A stretch of 64,000 bases of DNA. It comes from an uncultured Nitrososphaerales archaeon (GTDB lineage Archaea > Thermoproteota > Nitrososphaeria > Nitrososphaerales > Nitrososphaeraceae). The notes under the pieces were generated by a model that worked only from the letters and a program-made list of their open reading frames with translations, had not been told where the DNA came from and searched no databases. Location: NCBI GenBank assembly GCA_963695855.1, contig CAVOHZ010000010.1, positions 224,001 to 288,000 of the forward strand. The letters run 5' to 3'. The position numbers were made by a program, and so were the translations under genes. Positions 23,578 through 33,666 of this stretch are shown piece by piece; positions within the stretch are counted from its first letter, which is position 1; every line of letters begins with the position of its first letter.

Positions 23578-24753
23578 GGCCGGGTCATAATTATTCCATT
23601 TTCATAACGAATAGAGATAGTTTATTGGTGTATGATGTTTTGGTGAAAAACTATCATTCAATCCAACAAACTAGCACAGAAAAGATCTACATCTATTCTA
23701 ATTAGTATTTTGTATTTGATTGGTTTGATTAGTTGGCCACATAATAATAGAGGAGGAGGAGGGCGTGGTAGACCATATGTCTATCCTCCTACTGTTATAC
23801 TACGATGTTTTATAGTACGTATCTGGTTTAGATTGGATTAGAACAGAGCATTATATGAGTACCTCGCAATGGACCTATCATATAACAGAAAGGTAATAAT
23901 GAAGGGATGTGGACTATCCAGAATACCAAGCAGAAGAACATTTGATAGACACCTTGTCACACTATCTGATGATATCAAAAACAGGATTACTACAATGGGT
24001 GAACTTTTTGTTCGTCATAAAATAATAGATACATCTATTCTCGCAGCAGACAGTACCCTTATCAACGCTAGAGGATATGTCTGGCACAAATCATCTATGG
24101 AAGAGGGAGTAGTACCGCATTCTGGTATTGATACAGATGCAATATGGAGATTCAGCGATACAAAGGAGGGTTGTATATTTGGATACAAATTGCATTTGAT
24201 ATCAAGTACTGGTGGTTCTATCATTGTACCTTTGGCAGCAGATTTTACAACTGCTAACATACCTGATAATGAAATGTACAGTATATTGACAGGAAGTCTA
24301 CCTGTTACAAAAATTAAAAGAACATTATTCATGTCTGCAGATCCTGGATACGATGATGATGAGTTGTATGATCTCGGTACAGATATGGGATTTAGATTGG
24401 TATATCCAGTAAAGAGATATAAAAATACACATGCTGATAGGATAAAACTGATAGAATTTTATGAATCAAATGTTGGACAGGCTGTCTATTCCTTGAGAAG
24501 TATATCAATTGAACTGTTCATAGGTCATATCAAATCGGTATTCAGGATAGATCCATTGCCTTTAAGAGGCTATACCAAGGTTTGTGCATAAGTACTGTTG
24601 TCAGTACTACTATATCAAATACTTGTATACTACAACTGTAAAATTAACAAAGCTAATCCAAGAGCAATCAAATACATGCTAGGAACATAAAGATTGACTA
24701 TATCTATATTATTAACATTTCAATACCAGTTTATTGAATTATGACCCAGCCTC
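23576..24753 (+). mobile_element. DDE (IS4/IS5-superfamily-like) IS with nonsense-disrupted transposase
   Basis: TIRs gaggccgggtcataatt / aattatgacccagcctc; paralogous to 52496-53673; internal stops; no TSD. Confidence 0.88.
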
Positions 24754-24772
24754 AGATATTTAGTAAATATAT

Positions 24773-25240
24773 TCATCTCACAATTAAAACTGGACAATGA
24801 GAATAAGTCGCAACTTGAGATGCTGTGCTACCTAATAATAATCTTTTAAGACCTGTTCTTCCTCTAGTACCTATTACTATTAGATCTATTCTTTGTTTTT
24901 CTGCATAATCTACTATTTTTGGACCTATCGAAGAAGATACAATTATATCAGTTTTAATATCAATTTCTTTATCCTTTTCATATTCTTTGGATATTTTTCT
25001 AACTGAATCAAACCATTCGTTTACTTCTTTTTTTTTCTTTTCAATTAATTTATTTGTATCTTCAGGTCGTTCTGTCGCAAAAGGATGTAGAGATAGATCA
25101 AGTTCAGTCGGATGTAAAATATTTAATATAATTAATTGAGCGTCATGTTGAATAGATAATATTATTCCAAATTTAGCTGCATCCATTGAAAATTTCGAAC
25201 CATCTATAGGGACTAATATCTTTGATAATTTTTCCTTCAT
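24773..25240 (-). CDS. Universal stress protein
   Basis: ILVPIDGS...GTRGRTGLKRLLLGSTASQV...HCPVLIVR. Confidence 0.93.
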   Translation of the reverse strand: MKEKLSKILVPIDGSKFSMDAAKFGIILSIQHDAQLIILNILHPTELDLSLHPFATERPEDTNKLIEKKKKEVNEWFDSVRKISKEYEKDKEIDIKTDIIVSSSIGPKIVDYAEKQRIDLIVIGTRGRTGLKRLLLGSTASQVATYSHCPVLIVR

Positions 25241-25289
25241 GAATTCTTTTCACGGTTTTATATAATATAAGGTAATACTTTCTAATTCT

Positions 25290-25324
25290 CTCTTATTGAC
25301 AAATGTTTCAGTCAAGCTTAAAGC
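25290..25324. repeat. 35-bp sequence repeated at 55619-55653, containing TTGAC-N10-GTCAA
   Basis: ctcttattgacaaatgtttcagtcaagcttaaagc is identical at both sites. Confidence 0.85.
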
Positions 25325-25370
25325 TATACCAACTATCTTGTTTTCTAATTATCAATTTTAGTAAGCAAAA

Positions 25371-26105
25371 ATACCAATTAAGATAAATATGCTTACCCAC
25401 CTCTAACCAAGTAATTTCTCATATTCAGATTAAATCCTTTTGTTCTAAAATATGTAAATATTTAATTATGAAATCTGTAAATGACTGATAGTATTGTAGG
25501 ACAGGCAGATCGTTTTTGGCTATATTCCAGCATTCCTCAAGTACCATAAATTCTGGAGATGCTGTTGGAAGATATACAGGAATCAGATACTGTTTATGTT
25601 TGTCAAAATATTGCAGTACCTTTTTTGATTTATAGTGTTGTTTTGCTTTATCCAAAATGTATAACATTTTGGAAACTTTCTGTGTATCTGTTTTAGATAA
25701 TCCAGAAATGTATTTTCATCAAACCAGTCATATTGCCTAAACAGTTGTTTTCCTTCTAAACTTGTGGCACCAAATCAAACTGACTCCTGATGAGATCCAT
25801 TAATCCTTACTACTGGTCTTTCATCTTTTCTTATCCAGACTCTTCTTACAAGAGAGTCAAAGAAAAAGAATGATTCATCCATAGATACTACTGTGAACTC
25901 TTTCTGGAGAGTATCCAATATCTTTCTGGCTCTTTTTTAAAACGTTCTTTCTCTTCTTTTGATGCTGTATTTACATATGTATTTCTAAGTACCTTCTGCT
26001 TGAATCCACACATATCCATGAGTCGGTATATGTAAGTGTAATGGTATGTGATTTCACTCTTTTTCACAATTAGATCTTCAACCTGTTTTGTAGGCCAGCC
26101 CTATT
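25371..26105 (-). mobile_element. Degraded IS630-family element
   Basis: YLPTASPEFMVLEECWNIAK; multiple frameshifts; related to 50280-50820. Confidence 0.85.
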
Positions 26106-26208
26106 TGCTGGATGATAAACCTCAAAAGATCTTGTCTTTTAATTTGATAATTAATCTGTTCGTAATCTGTTGATTAGTATGTTAATAGGACTAATTATTG
26201 ATTGTTAA

Positions 26209-26744
26209 CTAAGGATTTCTGAAAGTTTCTCGACTTTCATTAAGCTCAATTTGTCCAATACACGGATCATATAATTTATTGAAATTTGAAGACGAACTTA
26301 TTGTTCTTATTGCTGCAAATGCTCTAATAACCGTATTTGGAAAAATATCCTTCAACTTATTAGCTGCACCCATTATTGTAGCTTCTCGTGTAATAACATC
26401 ATCAACCAAGAGAATTTCTTTTAGTTTTGGTAAAGTTCCTATGATTTCTAGTGAACCATAATGTTGAGATGTCTTGGGTCTATTGGAGGCAGTACTCGTT
26501 GCAGATTTAGGCAGTGGTTTACCACGTTTAGGACACTCTAAGACTTCTTTTGCAAGTCCTTATGAACAAGAGATTTTGCCAGACGTTCAGGAACCCATAA
26601 TGGTTTTGGATTAATTAAAGGACTGCTTGGAATCGGAAGATCCGTTAAGCAACTATTAGGAATGGGAATCAATGTAGTGTTATTAATAAAGAAACTAGAA
26701 AATGGAAAAGATTTGCAATGAAAAAACCAAATCAAATGGTACAT
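26209..26744 (-). pseudogene. Frameshifted phosphoribosyltransferase-fold gene
   Basis: Joined frames give LWVPERLAKSL...PLPKSA...ILLVDDVITREATIMGAANKL, a PRPP-binding-loop-like motif. Confidence 0.65.
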
Positions 26745-26855
26745 ATAGATATTTTAGGTCCATTTTACTTTGAGAATTCTACTCAAAAAAAATAACTGAT
26801 TTTTTACTTTATCTATAATCTTTATAGGCAAGATTTTCCTATCATTTCTAGGCTT

Positions 26856-27170
26856 ATGTGTTTGGCTTTTCCTGGCAAGATAACTGAAATAGTAGGAGAT
26901 TTTGCCAAGATAGATTTTGGTGGAGGTACTATGAGAAATAATATTAATATTTCCTACGTCGATGGTCAAGTGGGAGATTATGTTCTTATTCATGCAGGAT
27001 ATGCAATCCAAGTGTTGGATCTGGAGGAGGCTGAAAATATATTGAAATACTGGGTAGACAATACATCCTGGAAGTGCAATCAGTGTGAAATAATAAATGA
27101 ATGTTTCACAGGAAATTTGGTTAAAGAAGTAAAACAGATTAAACATAATAAATTGGGTTCAGAATCATGA
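26856..27170 (+). CDS. hypC: Hydrogenase chaperone HypC with Cys-containing C-terminal extension
   Basis: MCLAFPGKI, VGDYVLIHAGYAI. Confidence 0.95.
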   Translation: MCLAFPGKITEIVGDFAKIDFGGGTMRNNINISYVDGQVGDYVLIHAGYAIQVLDLEEAENILKYWVDNTSWKCNQCEIINECFTGNLVKEVKQIKHNKLGSES

Positions 27171-28276
27171 TTCTAGAAAAATACAAAGATCCCGATTTAG
27201 CAAAGAACATTACTGAAAAGATCCATGAATATGCCGATTTGATAGAAGAGAATCTGCTTTTTATGCATGTTTGTGGATCTCATGAATGGACAATATCACA
27301 CTACGGTATAAGGTCTTTGATTCCTAAAAATATAGAGATAAGACCTGGACCGGGCTGTCCTGTTTGTATTACTCCAGCTGAGGATATAGACAATGCCGTA
27401 AAACTCGGTTTAGAGGGAAAAACGATTTTAGTATATGGAGATATGTCAAGATCGAAAGGATCTAAAGGAAAAAGCCTTTTAGATATAAGGGTACTTGGTG
27501 CTAAGATCAGGATAATATACAGCATACAGGAAGCCATATTATTAGCAAGAAATGACCCATCAGAAGACTTTGTCTTTTTCGGAGTAGGATTTGATACCAC
27601 GGCACCTCCGACGGCATTTGAGATATTGAAAGGTTTACCGCCGAATCTTGCTATTATTAATTCTTATAGATATATGCCTCCAATAGTTGGAGCAGTTATA
27701 AAATCTTCTGTACTAGGTGTCGATGCAGTATTAAATCCGGGACATTCATCCACAATAACTGGAATGAAACCTTATTACAGATATTTTCTAGAAACTAGAA
27801 AACCTCAAGTCTTTTGTGGATTTGAACCTATTGATATTTTATTGGGAATTCTCATCCTATTAAAACAAATAAAAGATGGAAAGGCGAAACTAGAAAATGA
27901 ATATCAAAGGTCAGTCACATGGGAAGGAAATAAAAATGCTCAGAAAAAACTTGAAGATGTCTTTGACCTGGACACAGGATATATAAGAGGAGTAGCAAAC
28001 ATTCCAGAATGCGGTTTTACCTTTAAGGAAAAATATAAGGATGTTGATGCATATGCCAGATATGGTTTATCAAAGCAAACAAATAATGAACATTTTGTAG
28101 CGGGAGCTCGATGCGGTGAAGTGATTTTAGGTCTTTGTGAACCTACTGAATGTCCGCTATATATGAAAGAGTGCACTAAACAGACACCTAAAGGGCCTAC
28201 AATGATTTCTCTCGAAGGGACATGTAGAATATGGGCTGAACATAATCTGATTAAATCTATAAAAAAACTTTCGTAA
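27167..28276 (+). CDS. hypD: Hydrogenase maturation protein HypD
   Basis: HVCGSHE, GPGCPVC, GFEP, C-terminal Fe-S cysteines. Confidence 0.96.
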   Translation: MILEKYKDPDLAKNITEKIHEYADLIEENLLFMHVCGSHEWTISHYGIRSLIPKNIEIRPGPGCPVCITPAEDIDNAVKLGLEGKTILVYGDMSRSKGSKGKSLLDIRVLGAKIRIIYSIQEAILLARNDPSEDFVFFGVGFDTTAPPTAFEILKGLPPNLAIINSYRYMPPIVGAVIKSSVLGVDAVLNPGHSSTITGMKPYYRYFLETRKPQVFCGFEPIDILLGILILLKQIKDGKAKLENEYQRSVTWEGNKNAQKKLEDVFDLDTGYIRGVANIPECGFTFKEKYKDVDAYARYGLSKQTNNEHFVAGARCGEVILGLCEPTECPLYMKECTKQTPKGPTMISLEGTCRIWAEHNLIKSIKKLS

Positions 28277-28295
28277 TATTCAATATTGATCTCTT

Positions 28296-29078
28296 ATGGC
28301 TTTTTTTATAGGAAATAGTTTTTGTAAACTCTGTCAAAAGGATGAAGAACAACTTGAAAATGAATTATTTTACAGCACAAAGGGACTAATTAATAAGGGT
28401 TATTCGATAATTAAAAATACACTAAATAGTGCACGACTCCCAAATTATGACGACTTTTTCGTAACATATTTTAAAAATAATATATGGAATTCAGATATCA
28501 AAGTACTAAAAATAAATATAAAAGATTGTTCTAATAATCATGAAAATCCCACAAACGGTGTTGAGGTTGATAAAGGCGAAATTTTGCTACATACAAAAAT
28601 ATATCAAGCTCGTCCGGATGTCAATGCTATTTGTCATACAAGGAATCCATATTCGATAATTTTAGAGAATGATACTTTCAAAAGAGTACATGGAGAAGCT
28701 ACATTGATCTTAGGTGACATCCCAATAATAGATATTGAAAATTTTTCTGATGAAAATAGAACTAGGAGCTTTATAGAAAAAATAGTTCAATCAACAATAG
28801 GAGAGCCCCTAAGACCGATAAGAACCGTAATCTTATCAAACAATAGCGTTTTGGCTCTTGGTTCCTGCATACATGAAGCAAGAGCATTTACAGAAATACT
28901 GGAAGAATGTGCCAGATTTTACATGATATCTAAAATTTTTGGGGGACCGCTAAATCTGCTTACACTTGATCAATTGAGAGGTTTGGGATCGAGATATGCA
29001 AGAGCCATAAAATTTGGAGGAAGACAAATAATGTCTAATGCGAATCATCCAGACGATCAGATTAATAAAAATTTTTGA
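28296..29078 (+). CDS. Divergent class II aldolase/adducin-family protein
   Basis: EILLHTKIYQARPDVNAICHTRNPY; Zn-ligand His residues partly replaced. Confidence 0.75.
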   Translation: MAFFIGNSFCKLCQKDEEQLENELFYSTKGLINKGYSIIKNTLNSARLPNYDDFFVTYFKNNIWNSDIKVLKINIKDCSNNHENPTNGVEVDKGEILLHTKIYQARPDVNAICHTRNPYSIILENDTFKRVHGEATLILGDIPIIDIENFSDENRTRSFIEKIVQSTIGEPLRPIRTVILSNNSVLALGSCIHEARAFTEILEECARFYMISKIFGGPLNLLTLDQLRGLGSRYARAIKFGGRQIMSNANHPDDQINKNF

Positions 29079-29482
29079 AAATGACGCTAAAAAAAATTCT
29101 AGTTTTTGGTAATCCTTTGGTTAGAAGGGACAGTATACCTCTAAAATTAATAGATAATCTTAGAAATGAATTTCCTAATATAGAATTCAAAGAATTTGAT
29201 TCAATTGAAGAGATACAAAATGAAGGGGATACCCTTTACATTCTGGATTCGGTAGAAAAAATAAAAAAAGTGATGGTAATAACCGATTTAGATCAATTGG
29301 CTACAGACAAAATATATTCGGTACATGATTTTGATTTAGCTATCAACCTCAAGATCCTAAAGAAAATAGGTGTGATAAAAAAGATAATTATTCTTGGCGT
29401 GCCCATGAATATTACGCATAGTCAGGCATTACAAGAGATTAGAGAAAAAATTATATCCATTTCAATCTCAAAAAATGACTAG
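29075..29482 (+). CDS. Hydrogenase maturation endopeptidase-like protein (HycI/HyaD fold)
   Basis: ILVFGNPLVRRDS, YILDSV, SVHDFDL motifs; adjacent to a large subunit that has a cleavable tail. Confidence 0.8.
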   Translation: MKMTLKKILVFGNPLVRRDSIPLKLIDNLRNEFPNIEFKEFDSIEEIQNEGDTLYILDSVEKIKKVMVITDLDQLATDKIYSVHDFDLAINLKILKKIGVIKKIIILGVPMNITHSQALQEIREKIISISISKND

Positions 29483-30728
29483 CACAGCTCATACACGGAT
29501 CGTATGCCCTTATTATTTTTTCAAGCTCATGATAAATAAAATGTTTATCTTTGTCTAAAATGCTAGGTAAAAGATTTTTTATATCATTTTCCATCTTAAT
29601 TTGATTTTGTGCTGTTGGTATTATAAAGTTGGCAAATTGTACTTTTCCTTCTCTGTTAAGTTCAACCATATGATACAATGTACCACGAGGAGCCTCTATT
29701 ACTCCAACTCCTTTACCTTCTCCTGTTTTAACTTCTGGTGCTGGCTCCTGGTTAAATTCATTTTCTTCAAGAATTTGAATTGTGTGATCTATACAATGTA
29801 AAATTTCAATAGATTGTGCAAGATTATTATGATAAATATTGTTTGATGGAAAGATTTTAAGGATTTCAGATAAATCTTTCTTTGAATCATTATGAATAGA
29901 TTCTTTATTCAAGTTCAACCTAGCCAAAGCTCCTACCATGTATTCTTTGGTCCTGAATCTAAATCCAGTAGCCTGAGAGTATGGTATAATAATTCTTTCT
30001 AGGTGATTCCAATATTCATCCTTTTTTATTTTCATTCCATCTGAAGAAGCGATTTCACCTTCCAAAAAACTAAAATCGTCTGTAACTAAAGATACGAAAG
30101 TGGATTCTCTACTAAGGTCAAAATTGCATTCATAAAATATTTTTATGAGTTCAAGAACCGTATCTCTAGTTTCTTTAAATTGTGACAATACTTCTTTCAA
30201 ATTTTCTTTTGAGGGTAGATGAGAAAACTGTCCAACCTTTTCAAATGTTGGGTGAACAGCCCTGCCAGCAACTATTTTCGAAAGATTATTTCCAAGACTC
30301 TTTACACTGAAACCTTGTTTAATTAGATAATTTTTTGAATCGTCAAAATCAAATACTGAATCGGTGTTAAAGACATCAGGAAGACAGAAGAAGTACAAAT
30401 GTAAAGCGTGATCCCTTATCATCATCCCATATACAGATAACTTTCTTAATAATTCGGTTTGTTTTGTTGGTGTGATTTGGAGACATTTTTCAATTGATTC
30501 AATGCTACAAGTTAAGTGTGCTATGCTACATGTACCACATATCCTAGAAACAAATTGTGGAACACTAGAAAAATGTCTATTTCGTACTGCTTGTGTATAA
30601 AATCTTTTATTTTCATTTATCTTTAATTTGACATCTTCTACTTTACCATTCCTAATTTTTACTTCAATGTCTGCATGACCTTCTGTTTTGCTTATTTGTT
30701 CTATATTGATATCGAAACTATCATGCAT
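29451..30728 (-). CDS. [NiFe] hydrogenase large subunit, group 3b-related
   Basis: L1 SRICGTCSIAH, L2 AYDPCMSCASH plus a 7-aa tail, EGH, EAPRGTLYH, PTAQN. Confidence 0.93.
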   Translation of the reverse strand: MHDSFDINIEQISKTEGHADIEVKIRNGKVEDVKLKINENKRFYTQAVRNRHFSSVPQFVSRICGTCSIAHLTCSIESIEKCLQITPTKQTELLRKLSVYGMMIRDHALHLYFFCLPDVFNTDSVFDFDDSKNYLIKQGFSVKSLGNNLSKIVAGRAVHPTFEKVGQFSHLPSKENLKEVLSQFKETRDTVLELIKIFYECNFDLSRESTFVSLVTDDFSFLEGEIASSDGMKIKKDEYWNHLERIIIPYSQATGFRFRTKEYMVGALARLNLNKESIHNDSKKDLSEILKIFPSNNIYHNNLAQSIEILHCIDHTIQILEENEFNQEPAPEVKTGEGKGVGVIEAPRGTLYHMVELNREGKVQFANFIIPTAQNQIKMENDIKNLLPSILDKDKHFIYHELEKIIRAYDPCMSCASHFLRLKWI

Positions 30729-31200
30729 TTACAAGACCAAATTCCTTTAGATAACTATCTAATTTTGATAAAAATAATTTTTCATCCATTGGACATCCTG
30801 GAATGAAATCATCAACATTTACAAATTCTGAAATAGGCGATACTTTGCTTCTATTTCCAAACTTGACTAAAATAGGGGAAATCTCATTTTTTGTTGATTC
30901 ATCAAAGAAATTTCTTTGATTAGCTGGACTTCCTGAACACGCACAACTCCCTATTGCGATTAATTTTTTTGAATTCTTCCTTATCTCTTTAAGAAATTCA
31001 AGCTCTTTGTCACTTGAAATTGCTCCTTCTACAAAAGCCAAATCTAAATCAGTAAAATCGTTTTTCCCTTTTAAAGTTCTAAAATATTTAAATTCCAATA
31101 GATCTTTCCACTTGACAAAATTATCATTCATTAATTCAATGAATACTATCGTACTGTCTTCACAACATGTAAATGAAAACCAGCCAGTTTTGAGTTTCAT
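30721..31200 (-). CDS. Short [NiFe] hydrogenase small subunit (proximal Fe-S domain only)
   Basis: Likely start MKLKTGWF at 31200; FTCCEDS, VEGAI, GSCACSG, PGCP; ends about 22 aa after PGCP. Confidence 0.9.
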   Translation of the reverse strand: MKLKTGWFSFTCCEDSTIVFIELMNDNFVKWKDLLEFKYFRTLKGKNDFTDLDLAFVEGAISSDKELEFLKEIRKNSKKLIAIGSCACSGSPANQRNFFDESTKNEISPILVKFGNRSKVSPISEFVNVDDFIPGCPMDEKLFLSKLDSYLKEFGLVNA

Positions 31201-31263
31201 TGACACACTAGCAATAAAGATATCGTATTTAAAATAGTTCACCTTTTTGATTACCAATTTTTA

Positions 31264-32166
31264 GAGCCTATCCCAAAAATAGATAGGAATATAGCTCATT
31301 GGTTTCTTATCATATCTGATAATGCTTAATAAAAAGTCTGTTAGTAGAACAATTATACGTATTCCAGATGACCTATGGTATGAAATTGAAGATATTTTAC
31401 CAGATGAGAAACCGGAGAACACCATAGGTCGTCCAATTGTTCCATACAGAAAAGTCCTTGATGGAATAATGTTTATACTAAGAACTGGATGTCAGTGGAA
31501 AATGTTACCCGAAGAATATGGTTCTGGTTCAACATGTCATAGAAGATTTCAAGAATGGGTACAATCAGATATATTTGATAGAATCTGGACAAGATTGCTA
31601 CAAATATATGATTTAACGAAGGGAATCAAATGGAACTGGCAATCACTTGACAGCATCTCTATAAAGTCACCTTTAGGGGGGCGAGGACAGGCCATAATCC
31701 TACTGACAGAAGCAAATTAGGCAGCAAAAGACATATTCTTACAGATAAAGATGGTAGTGTTCCTCTCTCTACTGTTATAACATCTGCGAATACTCACGAT
31801 GTTACTGTTGCAATTGATACAGTTGATAACATTGTAATCAAAAGACCATCATTATTATCCAAACCAAAGCATAACCAAATGAAACAGAATCTGTGTCTTG
31901 ATAAAGCATATCATTCCAAAGAAGTAGAACAAGAAATTATCAAGAGGTGATACATCCCACATATACGACACAGAAGAAGAAGAAAGAATATCTTCTACAA
32001 AACATCCCTCAAGAAGATGGGGTGTAAAAAGAACTAAATTCATGGCACAATAGATTGAGGAAGTTATTTACAAGATATGAAAAGAAGGATGATGAGAACT
32101 ATCTAGGTCTTGTACAATTAGCAAATAGCATAATTCTTTACAGGAGGATAATTTTGGGATAGGCTC
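31264..32166 (+). mobile_element. IS5-family (IS427-like, two-ORF) element, degraded second ORF
   Basis: TIRs gagcctatcccaaaa / ttttgggataggctc; TSD tta; LRTGCQW motif; frameshift at ttagggggg. Confidence 0.92.
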
Positions 32167-32329
32167 TTATTTTAACCTATTGGCCTTGAAAATTATATTA
32201 GAACATTTTATTATTTGGATTACGTTAGTTATTTTATCAATTTATAAAAATCGAATATCATAAATCTTCATAACAAAAAATTATTTTTTTCCAAAGAAAT
32301 TTGAAACAGTTCTAAATACTATAAATATA

Positions 32330-33385
32330 ATGGAAAAAAAGAGAATAAGTCTTGCACACGGTGCAGGAGGTGTGCTTATGAATAACTTGATTAAAAACCA
32401 AATCTTGAAATACTTTAGTTTAAACCATCATGAAGTTTCATTAAATGCTCTAGACGATGCGGGTATAACTGAAGGTATTGTTTTTACTACAGATTCGTAT
32501 ACAGTGAAACCTATTTTTTTTCCTGGAGGCAATATTGGCGTAATGTCGGTTGCGGGAACCGTAAACGATATTGCAGTAATGGGTGGAGAACCATTAGTAC
32601 TATCATGCAGTATGATAATTGAAGAAGGCTTCTCAATTGAGGATTTAGATCTAATTATGAAGAGTATTCAAGAAACATGCATCAAAGCTGACGTGGATAT
32701 CATTACAGGAGATACCAAGGTTCTAGAAAGAAATGCTTTGGATAAACTAATTATCAATACTTCTGGTGTCGGTAAAAAAAGTCAATATTTAGAAAAAAAT
32801 CTAAAAATTGTAAAAAGATACAAACCTAACTTTAATTCAGATTGGTTACTTGATTCAAATATTGAGAAGGGCGACAAAATAATAATTTCAGGAACACTAG
32901 GTGATCATGGGGTTGCTATAATGTCTGCAAGAAACGATTATGGTCTAGAGAGTCAAGTTGAATCAGATGTTGCACCATTAAACAATTTAATTAAAAAAGC
33001 ACTTAATGTAGGAGGTATAGTGAGCATAAAGGATCCCACGCGTGGAGGACTCGCAAATCTTCTAAATGAATGGTCAGAAAAATCAAAAACTGGTTTTATA
33101 ATTCTTGAAAAGGAGATCCCCGTTAAAGAAAGCGTAAGAAGTGCCTTAGGATTTCTTGGACTTGATGTGTTAGAAATAGGAAATGAAGGAAAAATTTGTC
33201 TAGCGGCAATACCGGAAAAAGCAGATGAAGTACTTGGTGCCCTGAGAGAAGCACCAGAAGGTAAAGATGCGATGATAATTGGAGAGGCAACAGATGAATT
33301 TGACTTACCGATCTTGCAAACTCAGATAGGTGGTAAGAGAATCCTTGCAAAACCTGCAGGAGATCCTATCCCCAGAATATGCTAG
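32330..33385 (+). CDS. hypE: Carbamoyl dehydratase HypE
   Basis: LAHGAGG, TTDSY, GTVND, GDTKV, DPTRGG, C-terminal PRIC. Confidence 0.97.
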   Translation: MEKKRISLAHGAGGVLMNNLIKNQILKYFSLNHHEVSLNALDDAGITEGIVFTTDSYTVKPIFFPGGNIGVMSVAGTVNDIAVMGGEPLVLSCSMIIEEGFSIEDLDLIMKSIQETCIKADVDIITGDTKVLERNALDKLIINTSGVGKKSQYLEKNLKIVKRYKPNFNSDWLLDSNIEKGDKIIISGTLGDHGVAIMSARNDYGLESQVESDVAPLNNLIKKALNVGGIVSIKDPTRGGLANLLNEWSEKSKTGFIILEKEIPVKESVRSALGFLGLDVLEIGNEGKICLAAIPEKADEVLGALREAPEGKDAMIIGEATDEFDLPILQTQIGGKRILAKPAGDPIPRIC

Positions 33386-33395
33386 GTGATATTGT

Positions 33396-33665
33396 ATGTT
33401 CAGAGGAATTGAAGGCCGTGTCAACAAAAAATTAATTTGTAAAATTTGTGGATATATCGAATATAATTTGCCAAAACATCACGAAATCCCCATGAGATGG
33501 ATTACAAGTGGTAGTTTTAATAAAGAAGAACTTTTAAAATGTCAAAAATGTGAGTATTCAATACCAATCTTAATACATTGTAATGTGTCAATGTTTTATT
33601 CTGAAGGTGATTATCTTGATTTACCTGAATTTACAAAAAAAGATTATCAAGATATAGACAAATAA
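33396..33665 (+). CDS. Small tandem CxxC...H(H/C) metal-binding protein
   Basis: CKIC..PKHHEIPM and CQKC..LIHCNVSM repeats; 10 bp downstream of hypE. Confidence 0.7.
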   Translation: MFRGIEGRVNKKLICKICGYIEYNLPKHHEIPMRWITSGSFNKEELLKCQKCEYSIPILIHCNVSMFYSEGDYLDLPEFTKKDYQDIDK

Positions 33666-33666
33666 A

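Noticed and set aside
28100-28230. HypD C-terminal cysteine pattern differs from the Thermococcus CxC...GPCMVS form
   Set aside because: The ARCGEV..GxC..MxS pattern, as I recall it, also occurs in E. coli HypD, so it is a known variant.
31201-31257. ORF-track N-terminal extensions (small subunit to 31257, IS110 from 43112, CBS to 51686)
   Set aside because: Homology starts at downstream start codons; the extensions run into intergenic or IS DNA.
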